This document shows positions 28,512 to 36,562 of a stretch of 64,000 bases of DNA, piece after piece (positions within the stretch are counted from its first letter, which is position 1; each line of letters begins with the position of its first letter). Where the stretch lies: positions 70,567-134,566 of the forward strand of contig CAYGXQ010000001.1 in the NCBI GenBank assembly GCA_964354025.1, read 5' to 3'. The DNA is from an uncultured Gammaproteobacteria bacterium (GTDB lineage: Bacteria; Patescibacteriota; Microgenomatia; 2-02-FULL-39-11). A program made the translations under genes and the position numbers. The notes beneath the pieces were generated by a model. That model saw nothing but the letters and a program-made list of their open reading frames with translations, had not been told where the DNA came from and did not search any database.

Positions 28512-30858
28512 TATGAAAAGATTTTTTTATACAATATTTCTTGCCATTATCCTTTTGGGGATTTTTTATTCCTTTAAAAATAGCGCATATGCTGTAGATT
28601 GTTCGATTCTCAGCTCAAATCCTGCTTGCGGTAAATGTGTTATAGATCCATGGTCTGGGAGTGGTGCTTGTATGAAACAGTGTAATCCTGGTGCGATTAC
28701 GTGTTCCGGTAAGGAAGATCTGAATTCCTGCTGGTGGAGATGTAATGCAGCTGAAGGGGGATGTGATAATCCCTACCAATGCTGTTATCCGCCGAGTCCC
28801 ACTCCGACTAATTCACCACCCTCCTGTAACAGCCTGACTGTCCAGCCGGTTACCGTGATGCCTGGAGAGTCGATTACCCTAAAAGCAAACGTCGGCGAAT
28901 TGAACGGCTCGGTTACGAAAGTGGATTTTTATTACGGATTAGTATCGGAAATAGACGGAGGGGCGGCGGTCAATCCTCCAGGCGGTAACTGGCATCCTTT
29001 AGGCAGTGTGTCATCCAGTCAACCGACAATCCCCTTTGCTCCTTTGGTCACGCCGAATGTTAAAACAGGTAAAAGTTGTGACCAGATTTGTCAGGGATAT
29101 CAGGGCAGGTCCTGTTTGTCAGTTGGTACTGATACCGGGGGAACAAACGGGAGCGTGACGAAATTTAATAGTACTGGGAGTGAAGACGGCAGTTGTGATT
29201 CACAAACGGGCGGATGGGCAAGAGAGAAATGCAATGTAGCGATGAATGCTCATGGACAAATGCCTTGCGACTGGACAAATTGCCGCTGTTCGGATTGGCC
29301 GACTTTAACTACATTTACGGATGTTTCTTGGACCGGAACTTTTCCGGGAACAGGAGGAGCCTATTATTTCATCGCCAATGTCTTTGACGCTCAGGGCCTG
29401 TTTTGTTCCGGCAATCCTAAAAAACCGGCTGACGTAAAAGGATGTTCAGCCTGTATGTTGCAAACAACCGTGGTGACGCCATCACCGACTCCCAGTGAGT
29501 CTCCGACGCCTTCAGCAACACCTACATCTACCCCTACTTCTACTCCTACCCCGACACCTCTTGGATGCGGCAATCCCTGCAGCCCGGACAATAACGAATG
29601 TCCCGAAGAATGTCCATTTTGTCCGGTAGATAATTCCTTTTGCGTCGGTCCAAGTTCCACGCCCACTCCCACCCAAGTTCCTTGTAACGGCCCCTGTACT
29701 AACAGCAATGAATGTGATATAAACTGTCCTCTTTGTTCAACTGATCATACCTGTAGGGTACCTTGTGGTGATCTGTGCACCAACAGCAACGAATGCGATC
29801 TGTCCTGTCCGATTTGTACGGCTGATAACAAATGTTTGGCAGCCAGTCCGACTCCCACTAAAGTCCCCTGTACCCAACCATGTACCAATAGCCTAGAATG
29901 CGATATCAACTGTCCTCTTTGTTCAACTGATCATACCTGTAGGGTACCTTGTGGTGATCTGTGCACCAACAGCAACGAATGCGATCTGTCCTGTCCGATT
30001 TGTACGGCTGATAACAAATGTTTGGCAGCCAGTCCGACACCGACAGCTACACCGATTCCTCCGACAGCTACACCGACAGCGACTGTCACTCCGACACCGG
30101 AGCCATACTGCCTTTGCGATAGTATGGAATATACAGGATCTCCGGTACCGGGTGGGACAATGAGTTTCACTACCTGGGGTAGGATACCGGATTATGCCCA
30201 CAATAATTCAGGCATCCAGAGTATGATTTATCGGGTTTGGAACGGAAGACCGGAATCGCAATCTGTGCCTCCGGATGCAGCCGGACCCGTCACTGTACCA
30301 GCCCAAGGTCCGGTAACCGTCGGTGCTGATTACCGGTATTCGACGACTTGGAATTGGCAAATTCCGAGTACCGTGCCGACTTCCGGTTATGTCGATTATT
30401 ATTTCAACGCGGAAATCAAGTGTGTCAGACCAAGATCGACAGCGGATAGCGGCAGTAATCTGGTTCAGGCAAACACGGCGGTGCTGGGTACAACCGAGGA
30501 AAAAAGTCCCGGCTTTTTTGCCTCCATTCTTCGTTTCTTCGGTTCTCTTTTAGGAATTTCTCCATCTGTGGTTACTCCTTCACCGCTAGTACCTACTCCT
30601 ACCTCCTCTGCCCGGCTTGTTCCGCTGGCCGCCGAAGCACTTTCGCCTACACCTACCCAGGTCATGCTTCCTCCTTCTCCCACAATGGGAATGGGAGGGT
30701 ATTGCGCCAGTACTGTTCTTGCACCATCAGGAGTCCATAGCGATCAACTAGGCACTTTTACTCCCAATTGCGCCTGTCCTACCCCAGCAATTATCAAAAC
30801 ATGTACCTGGACAGTCTTAAGAATATATTACGGTGATGATTGTGTGAAGACACCGTAA
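28504..30858 (+). CDS. large secreted Cys-rich modular surface protein, cassette component B2
   Basis: Signal peptide; N-terminal Cys-rich domain homologous to B1; Pro/Thr linkers; five CxxxxECxxxCPxC modules; C-terminal domain homologous to B1. Confidence 0.6.
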   Translation: MSSMKRFFYTIFLAIILLGIFYSFKNSAYAVDCSILSSNPACGKCVIDPWSGSGACMKQCNPGAITCSGKEDLNSCWWRCNAAEGGCDNPYQCCYPPSPTPTNSPPSCNSLTVQPVTVMPGESITLKANVGELNGSVTKVDFYYGLVSEIDGGAAVNPPGGNWHPLGSVSSSQPTIPFAPLVTPNVKTGKSCDQICQGYQGRSCLSVGTDTGGTNGSVTKFNSTGSEDGSCDSQTGGWAREKCNVAMNAHGQMPCDWTNCRCSDWPTLTTFTDVSWTGTFPGTGGAYYFIANVFDAQGLFCSGNPKKPADVKGCSACMLQTTVVTPSPTPSESPTPSATPTSTPTSTPTPTPLGCGNPCSPDNNECPEECPFCPVDNSFCVGPSSTPTPTQVPCNGPCTNSNECDINCPLCSTDHTCRVPCGDLCTNSNECDLSCPICTADNKCLAASPTPTKVPCTQPCTNSLECDINCPLCSTDHTCRVPCGDLCTNSNECDLSCPICTADNKCLAASPTPTATPIPPTATPTATVTPTPEPYCLCDSMEYTGSPVPGGTMSFTTWGRIPDYAHNNSGIQSMIYRVWNGRPESQSVPPDAAGPVTVPAQGPVTVGADYRYSTTWNWQIPSTVPTSGYVDYYFNAEIKCVRPRSTADSGSNLVQANTAVLGTTEEKSPGFFASILRFFGSLLGISPSVVTPSPLVPTPTSSARLVPLAAEALSPTPTQVMLPPSPTMGMGGYCASTVLAPSGVHSDQLGTFTPNCACPTPAIIKTCTWTVLRIYYGDDCVKTP
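29677..30048 (+). repeat. tandem direct duplication of a 186-bp unit (62 aa, two Cys modules) inside B2
   Basis: 29722-29852 is 100% identical to 29908-30038 (131 bp); the upstream parts of the units are about 80% identical. Confidence 0.85.
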
Positions 30859-30913
30859 ACTACATCCAGTTTATGGGATTTCTTATGGGGCTTTATGCGT
30901 GGATGTAGTAAAG

Positions 30914-31228
30914 TTATTTATCCCGGATTTTGAGAGAAGCGAAACTGGTGATTCCTCCAAGAGTCAAGATGCCGCTGATTCCCAAAAGCAATAATGAGTT
31001 TTCCATATTTCCGGATACCGGCGGTTGGGGAGTGGCTGTGGGGCGGGGAGTCGAAGTGGGTGGTGGAGTATTGGTTGGTGCCGTAACGGGTGTACTGGTG
31101 GGGGCACAAGTGATACCGGGAATGGTCGTATCGCAGATGGGGCCGAAGGTATCCTGGGCAAAGACACTCCTTTTGGGAAGCAAAATGACTAAGACAAGAA
31201 TAAAATAGGATAATAATCGGGAATTCAT
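30914..31228 (-). CDS. small secreted Pro/Thr-rich peptide with C-terminal TM and basic tail (cell-surface anchor-like)
   Basis: Signal peptide MNSRLLSYFILVLVILLPKRSVFAQD, CDTTIPGITC, PT-rich linker, LLLLGISGILTLGGITSFASL then KIRDK. Confidence 0.45.
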   Translation of the reverse strand: MNSRLLSYFILVLVILLPKRSVFAQDTFGPICDTTIPGITCAPTSTPVTAPTNTPPPTSTPRPTATPQPPVSGNMENSLLLLGISGILTLGGITSFASLKIRDK

Positions 31229-31301
31229 CCTAAATCCATTGTGATGGATTATTTTTTGGGTGTCAAGTGGAAAGTTTTATGTTAAGATAAAAATTATAGA
31301 T

Positions 31302-31757
31302 ATGAAAAAAAAGCTGATCATCTTAATCGGTCTTATTATTTTAATTTTTATAGCAAAAATGACCGGTTTTAACGGGAAATATTTTTTTAAGTCTTTAGAA
31401 TTTTTACAGGATAATAGAAGTTACTCCGATTCCGGTATTTCCGCTTCAGAACCGACAAAGGTAACAGAAATAAACATCACAAAATGGGCAATCTCGCCGG
31501 AGTCATTGGCCAAATGTCTGGCTGAACGGCGTTTTAAGATGTACGGGACTGATACCTGCAGTTCGTGTAAGATGCAGAAAGAATTTTTCGGCGACAGTTT
31601 TCAGCTGATAAATTATGTGAACTGCGAAACGGAAAAAACTTTGTGTGACGCCAAAGGTCTGCATGCTTTTCCCGTTTGGGAAGACGACACCGGTAAGCAA
31701 TATAAAGGAGCGATAGAATTATCAGTTTTGGCCAATTTAACCGGTTGCGACAAATAA
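31302..31757 (+). CDS. membrane-anchored thioredoxin-fold protein with CxxC (CSSC)
   Basis: N-terminal TM, YGTDTCSSCKMQKEFFG, conserved distal Cys; immediately upstream of the ccdA-like gene. Confidence 0.5.
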   Translation: MKKKLIILIGLIILIFIAKMTGFNGKYFFKSLEFLQDNRSYSDSGISASEPTKVTEINITKWAISPESLAKCLAERRFKMYGTDTCSSCKMQKEFFGDSFQLINYVNCETEKTLCDAKGLHAFPVWEDDTGKQYKGAIELSVLANLTGCDK

Positions 31758-31760
31758 ATT

Positions 31761-32582
31761 ATGATTACCTCCGGTAATTTAATCGGCGCTTTTTTGGCAG
31801 GATTGACGTCCTTTTTTGCCCCGTGTCTGCTGCCGCTTTTTCCCTCTTACTTTTCCGCCGTCTCCGGCTTTACTTTTGCCCAGTTGTACGGACTGGATTT
31901 CGGCAAAATCAGGTTACGGGTCTTTGTCTCCAGTCTTTTTTTCTCGGCCGGATTTGCGATCGTTTTCACGGCTTTGGGAGCCACCGGTTCCCTTGTCGGA
32001 CAACTTCTGGAGAAGTACCTGCCGTATCTTTTGAGGCTAAGCGGGATATTTTTGATACTATTGGGTCTTGTACAACTGGGAATAATCAAAATTCCCTCTT
32101 TTGAATTTGACTATGCTTGGAAAATGCAGAAAAAAATGGCCGGTCTCGGGTTCTTAACCTCTTTGGTAACCGGGATTGCCGCCGCGCTGTCTTGGATTCC
32201 CTGTATCGGGCCGCTTTTGTCTCCGATCCTTTTGCTTTCTGCAGAAAGCGAGACGGTGTTTTCCGGCAGTTTACTTTTATTTATTTTTTCCCTGGGACTG
32301 ACGGTACCGTTTTTGGCCGGCGGATTATTTTTCCCGGCCGTAGTCAATCTTCTTCAGGGTCATAGGCAGCTGTTTCACCGGATTTCACAGCTGGCGGGAA
32401 TATTTATTATCATCCTCGGGATATTATTACTCGCAGATAAATATCAGTTATTGATAAAATTATTTGAAGGGATAGTTTTATCTGTCATTGCGAGTCCCGA
32501 TGTCACATCGGGACGCGGCAATCTCGGATGGGATTGCTTCGCTTCGCTCACAATGACATATAAACATAAATTCATTATATAA
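31761..32582 (+). CDS. ccdA: CcdA/DsbD-family transmembrane thiol-disulfide electron transporter
   Basis: Paired Cys motifs FAPCLLPL and WIPCIGPLL in TM helices. The last ~30 codons (VIASPDVTSGRGNLGWDCFASLTMT...) are read through a family-1 repeat and are probably not native. Confidence 0.75.
   Translation: MITSGNLIGAFLAGLTSFFAPCLLPLFPSYFSAVSGFTFAQLYGLDFGKIRLRVFVSSLFFSAGFAIVFTALGATGSLVGQLLEKYLPYLLRLSGIFLILLGLVQLGIIKIPSFEFDYAWKMQKKMAGLGFLTSLVTGIAAALSWIPCIGPLLSPILLLSAESETVFSGSLLLFIFSLGLTVPFLAGGLFFPAVVNLLQGHRQLFHRISQLAGIFIIILGILLLADKYQLLIKLFEGIVLSVIASPDVTSGRGNLGWDCFASLTMTYKHKFII
32483..32557. repeat. family-1 structured repeat with near-perfect 12-bp TIRs
   Basis: tgtcattgcgag ... ctcacaatgaca. 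Central module is the reverse complement of the central module of the 18991 copy. Confidence 0.7.
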
Positions 32583-32590
32583 GTCCTGAA

Positions 32591-33484
32591 TCATTTGAGG
32601 AAATTTTCCAAGAAGATAATTTTCTTTCCGCCAAAGCCTTCTTTGAATTTTGTAAATCCTTTCCAGGTAAGTGAAGCTTTGGGAAAACGGTCGTCGCAGA
32701 TGCCTTCAAAATCAAAAATCCGACAGCTTTTTCTTTTCGCTGTTCTCAGAGCTTCCCAAACCAAAAGAGTCGGCGCAAAAAGCTTTTTACCTTCCTTCAA
32801 AGCAGAAGCATACCAATAGTAGGCAACTTTATCATACATAAGCAGTAATATTCCGGCCAGGGGTTTCTCATTATTGATAGAAGCGATCGTTTGCATCCGC
32901 GTCAGGGGTTGACTTTTCATTGTTGGATAGGCCAACAGTAAAGCAGCGTGTCGTGGATGGAAATTTTTCCAGAGCATTTTCATTTCTTTGGTGATAAGAA
33001 AACCAATTAGTTTATATTGCTGCTTACGGACTTTGATAAAGGCTTCAAGATCGTTGGATTCTTTGACTGTAATTCCGTTTTTAACTGCCCGGCGGACACC
33101 TCTTCTTTTGGCTTCGGTAAAACTGTTAAATATTGTTTCTTCTTTTTGGGTCAGGTCTATCCGGATAGTGGTGGTGGGATTGAAAGGCGAATGTTCAATT
33201 TTAAAACCGCTACTTAATAATTTCCTTCTATAAAGTTCGGCATTTTTATCCTGAACAAGGAGATATGGGGCGATTTTCAGGCGGAAGATTATGTATTGTT
33301 TGTACAAATATTTTATTTGATTAAGAGAAAAATTTTTGTCCGGCCGGGGAATTTTGGCGAAATGGCCAAACAAAGGGAATTTTTTCAGATAGATATAAGC
33401 GGAACCTATTTTCGCCACCTGCCAGTTGAGATCTCTCATAAAAGCAGCAAATTGAGGTGATTGACGGATGTCTGTCATAATCAA
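32591..33484 (-). CDS. FemAB-family peptidoglycan branch aminoacyltransferase
   Basis: About 300 aa GNAT-like FemX/FemAB pattern (YIYLKKFPLFGHFAKIP ... LLMYDKVAYYWYASALKEG...). Confidence 0.6.
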   Translation of the reverse strand: MIMTDIRQSPQFAAFMRDLNWQVAKIGSAYIYLKKFPLFGHFAKIPRPDKNFSLNQIKYLYKQYIIFRLKIAPYLLVQDKNAELYRRKLLSSGFKIEHSPFNPTTTIRIDLTQKEETIFNSFTEAKRRGVRRAVKNGITVKESNDLEAFIKVRKQQYKLIGFLITKEMKMLWKNFHPRHAALLLAYPTMKSQPLTRMQTIASINNEKPLAGILLLMYDKVAYYWYASALKEGKKLFAPTLLVWEALRTAKRKSCRIFDFEGICDDRFPKASLTWKGFTKFKEGFGGKKIIFLENFLK

Positions 33485-33489
33485 CTCTG

Positions 33490-33534
33490 GGAATAGCGCA
33501 CTTTAGTGCGCGCGCAGACTAAAGTCTGCTATTA
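33490..33534. repeat. family-2 double-hairpin repeat
   Basis: aatagcgcacTTTAgtgcgc gcgcagacTAAAgtctgctatt. Confidence 0.65.
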
Positions 33535-35052
33535 CTTTTTATTTAAATTTTGAATTTTAATCATTATCTCTTTTAACTTTTCCTTCTCTCCCGTTTTTTC
33601 ATAAAGGTCAGCCAACGCATAATAACTGAAAATGAAAGTCGGATCCAGAGCGATTGCCTTTTGATATTCTTCCTCGGCTTCCTTATATTTCCCCTGTTCC
33701 TTATAGATATTGGCCAGGTTGTGGTGAGTATTGGGATAAACATCCGATAAAGCAATCAGATTTTTATATTCGGCTATCGCCAGATCCGTTTGTTTGTTTT
33801 CCGCGTAGGCCATAGCCAGATTATTGCGCATGGGAATATGCCAGGAAGATTGAGTCAGGCTTTTGGTATAAAAAGTGATCGGGTCGCGCCAGTCGTTATT
33901 GCGGATGATAGTCTTAATAATCAGAAGACTGAAGACGGTCAGACAGAAGACGGATAGAATTATCCGGTGATTACGATTGGAGAATTTCTGCCAGAGAAAT
34001 ATGAAAATAGAAGCAACCAGAAGAAAGAAACCGATTGAGGGGAGATACAGATAATGCTCGGAGGCAATACTGTTGATCGGGATAATGCCGCAAACTGGCA
34101 GGATGGTCAAGAAAAACCAGCCGGAGGAAAAAAAGAGGATTTTATTCTTTGTTTTATATATTAAAAAAAGAAGGCCAATGGTGATTAATAAAAACATTAT
34201 CACGGCCGGATTTACGGGAGAAGAAACATAAGTTATATTTCTGGCAAAAATCAGCTCTTTCGGGAAAAGAAGCAGCTGGAGATATTGGAAAAAAGCTTGA
34301 GGAAAAGTCAGCAATCTGACGAAAAGATTTTGGCTATAAAGATTACCAGTCTGGTAGAAGTTCAGGGTGTTGCCGAAATTCAGGACCGTCAGCCGAAGAA
34401 ATATATAGACAAAATCGATACCCAAAAAGACAACAGTTATTATAGACAATTTTTTATGAGAGTATTTACCTGTTTTATCGATTAGTAATATTAAAATCAG
34501 TAAAAAAGGCAAAATGACAGCCGTTTCTTTGGAAAGAAGCGCCAAAATAAAAAAAACAGTAGCGGGTAAAATATTTTTTCTTAAGGAGAAAAGGAGAGAC
34601 AGAAGGACAAAAAAAGAGCAAAGGAGATCGGTCCGGCCGGACGCGTAAGCGACGGCTTCCGTTTGGACCGGGTGGATGATAAATAACAAAGCAGTGACGG
34701 AAGCCAGGATTTTTCGCTTAAATAGACATTGGATAAGAAGAAAAACCAAAAAGGCATTTGCCGCGTGAAGAAAGATACTGGTCAGGTGATAGCCCAAAGG
34801 ATTTACGTTCCAGATGGTATGATCAATGGCAAAAGAAAGAAGGAGAACAGGACGGTACATATTGCTGGTTTTACCCGCCCCGGCCACCATATTTTCGGAA
34901 AAATATTTCGGCCAATATCGAAGGTCAGCGACGTAAGCATTTTTGTAGATCAGCTCTTCATCGTCATAAAAAAGTTTATTATTTAGGATATTGTGATAAC
35001 AGAGGAAGGTAACGAGTAAAAAAAATATCCCGATAAATAAATTATTTCTCAT
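33532..35052 (-). CDS. polytopic membrane protein with C-terminal TPR repeats (TMTC/PMT_2-like GT-C candidate)
   Basis: N-terminal multi-TM region with an early YDDEE loop, C-terminal TPR units (AIAEYKNLIALSD...AEEEYQKAIALDP...). Confidence 0.55.
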   Translation of the reverse strand: MRNNLFIGIFFLLVTFLCYHNILNNKLFYDDEELIYKNAYVADLRYWPKYFSENMVAGAGKTSNMYRPVLLLSFAIDHTIWNVNPLGYHLTSIFLHAANAFLVFLLIQCLFKRKILASVTALLFIIHPVQTEAVAYASGRTDLLCSFFVLLSLLFSLRKNILPATVFFILALLSKETAVILPFLLILILLIDKTGKYSHKKLSIITVVFLGIDFVYIFLRLTVLNFGNTLNFYQTGNLYSQNLFVRLLTFPQAFFQYLQLLLFPKELIFARNITYVSSPVNPAVIMFLLITIGLLFLIYKTKNKILFFSSGWFFLTILPVCGIIPINSIASEHYLYLPSIGFFLLVASIFIFLWQKFSNRNHRIILSVFCLTVFSLLIIKTIIRNNDWRDPITFYTKSLTQSSWHIPMRNNLAMAYAENKQTDLAIAEYKNLIALSDVYPNTHHNLANIYKEQGKYKEAEEEYQKAIALDPTFIFSYYALADLYEKTGEKEKLKEIMIKIQNLNKK

Positions 35053-35053
35053 T

Positions 35054-36079
35054 CTATAAGTTACTTTTAATTCTAAGGAAGAGATTTCTCATTCGATGAC
35101 CAAGGTTGTAGAAACGATAAAGAACCGGATCGATGATCAGATCGTAACTGCCGATAAATTCGACCGGTTTGGGAGAAAAGCCCATCTTAAACCGGTGGAA
35201 TCCAAACCAGGGGTCAGCCGGGTTTGGTTCGGGACCCAGCGCCCCCCACATGTCAAAAATTTTGGCTCCTTTTTTTTGGCCGAAACGGATTATTTCCCAC
35301 ATAAGAAGCGTAGAAGCCATGGTATTTCTGAACCGGTCACTTGAAGCGCCATACGGATAGTACAAAACACCGTTGAAAAGAAAAACAATCCAGGAGGCCA
35401 GAATATGTTTCTGCCCTTCATGAGAATAGGTGGCGGTAAAAAGGTGGGCCATACCGCTTTTTTTCAAGGTTTCCCACATCAGACGGTGATATTTTTCGTC
35501 GTGGGCGTAGAATTTTTGCCTTCTGGTGGTTTCAAAAGTCAGTTTTAAATAATTTTCAAAAGCTTCAGGAGAATCATCTTCGGCAATTACCACTCCGTGT
35601 TTTTGGGCGACTTTGATGTTGTACCGGGTTTTGGGATGCATATTCTTTAATAGATCTTCCTCACTTTTGGTCAGGTTGAGCTGAAGAGTGTATTTGGTGA
35701 AGAGTGGATGAGATGAATTTAGAATTATGAATCTAGAATTATGAATTAAGGATTGTGATTGGGTATTAGTAATAACATTTGGTTCTAATTTTATAAATAT
35801 ACAATGGTGTTTCTTCCCCACACAATATAACTCTTCTAACATTTCGTGGGAAGGAATATGACCTTTGGGGAAATAGCCGATGGTTTTTTTGATAAACGGA
35901 ATAGGATGGAGGGTGATCTGGGCGGTTTCCGCCAATTTATTATTGATATAATTGCCCAGGCGGATTTCTTCCAAACCTGTTTTTCGGCGAAAATCCCCCC
36001 ATTCCCATGACTGAAGGGGGTGGAGAGCCAGATAGTTAAAGGCTTCTTTATCTTCGATGGTAACTGGTTTGATACTCAT
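35054..36079 (-). CDS. FemAB-family peptidoglycan branch aminoacyltransferase (second paralog)
   Basis: FemAB-like length and pattern (LLMWEIIRFGQKKGAKIFDMWG...). Start set at MSIKPVTIEDK because the upstream extension translates the palindrome pair. Confidence 0.55.
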   Translation of the reverse strand: MSIKPVTIEDKEAFNYLALHPLQSWEWGDFRRKTGLEEIRLGNYINNKLAETAQITLHPIPFIKKTIGYFPKGHIPSHEMLEELYCVGKKHHCIFIKLEPNVITNTQSQSLIHNSRFIILNSSHPLFTKYTLQLNLTKSEEDLLKNMHPKTRYNIKVAQKHGVVIAEDDSPEAFENYLKLTFETTRRQKFYAHDEKYHRLMWETLKKSGMAHLFTATYSHEGQKHILASWIVFLFNGVLYYPYGASSDRFRNTMASTLLMWEIIRFGQKKGAKIFDMWGALGPEPNPADPWFGFHRFKMGFSPKPVEFIGSYDLIIDPVLYRFYNLGHRMRNLFLRIKSNL

Positions 36080-36097
36080 AGTATATCTTGTTCTCTT

Positions 36098-36130
36098 CAC
36101 ACCGGGTGTGTGCAGCACACACCCGGTGTG
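36098..36130. repeat. pair of CACACC-N-GGTGTG palindromes in inverted orientation
   Basis: cacaccGggtgtg (36098-36110) and cacaccCggtgtg (36117-36129); same core as the palindromes flanking the Y1 transposase gene. Confidence 0.7.
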
Positions 36131-36174
36131 GTTTTAAGGCACAATGATATTTTATATGTTATCATATCTATGAT

Positions 36175-36562
36175 GAGGAAAAGAAATACAAAATTTTTGC
36201 GTTCGCCACTGGCCAAGACGCCGAAGTGGTTATTGGTTGCTTTCGTTATTTTGATTGCCGGCTTAATTTCCCAAAAAGAAATAAGTTCAATTCAAAATAA
36301 ATATATGGACGGTTCAACTTCAAAATATGTCGAGATGGCAATTTCCGACCTGGTAAACAGGTTAAAAATCGGGAGAGAACAGATTGTACTGAAAGACATA
36401 AGTAAGAAAGACTGGTCGAATACGAGTTTGGGTTGTCCGAAGAAAAATATGATATATGCTCAGGTAATTGTCCCGGGTTATCTTATCACTTTAAACGCTT
36501 CCGGAAATTCCTATATTTACCACGCCGGTTCAAACCGGGTCGTTTCCTGCCAGAGTAACTAA
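36175..36562 (+). CDS. small membrane-anchored/secreted protein, hypothetical
   Basis: MMRKRNTKF..., one TM, about 100 aa extracellular part; the upstream track extension is palindrome-derived. Confidence 0.35.

Noticed and set aside
29391-30683. Several minus-strand and alternate-frame ORFs inside the B2 gene
   Set aside because: They are artefacts of the repetitive Pro/Thr/Cys-rich sequence. The plus-strand frame is continuous for 784 codons with a signal peptide and conserved termini.
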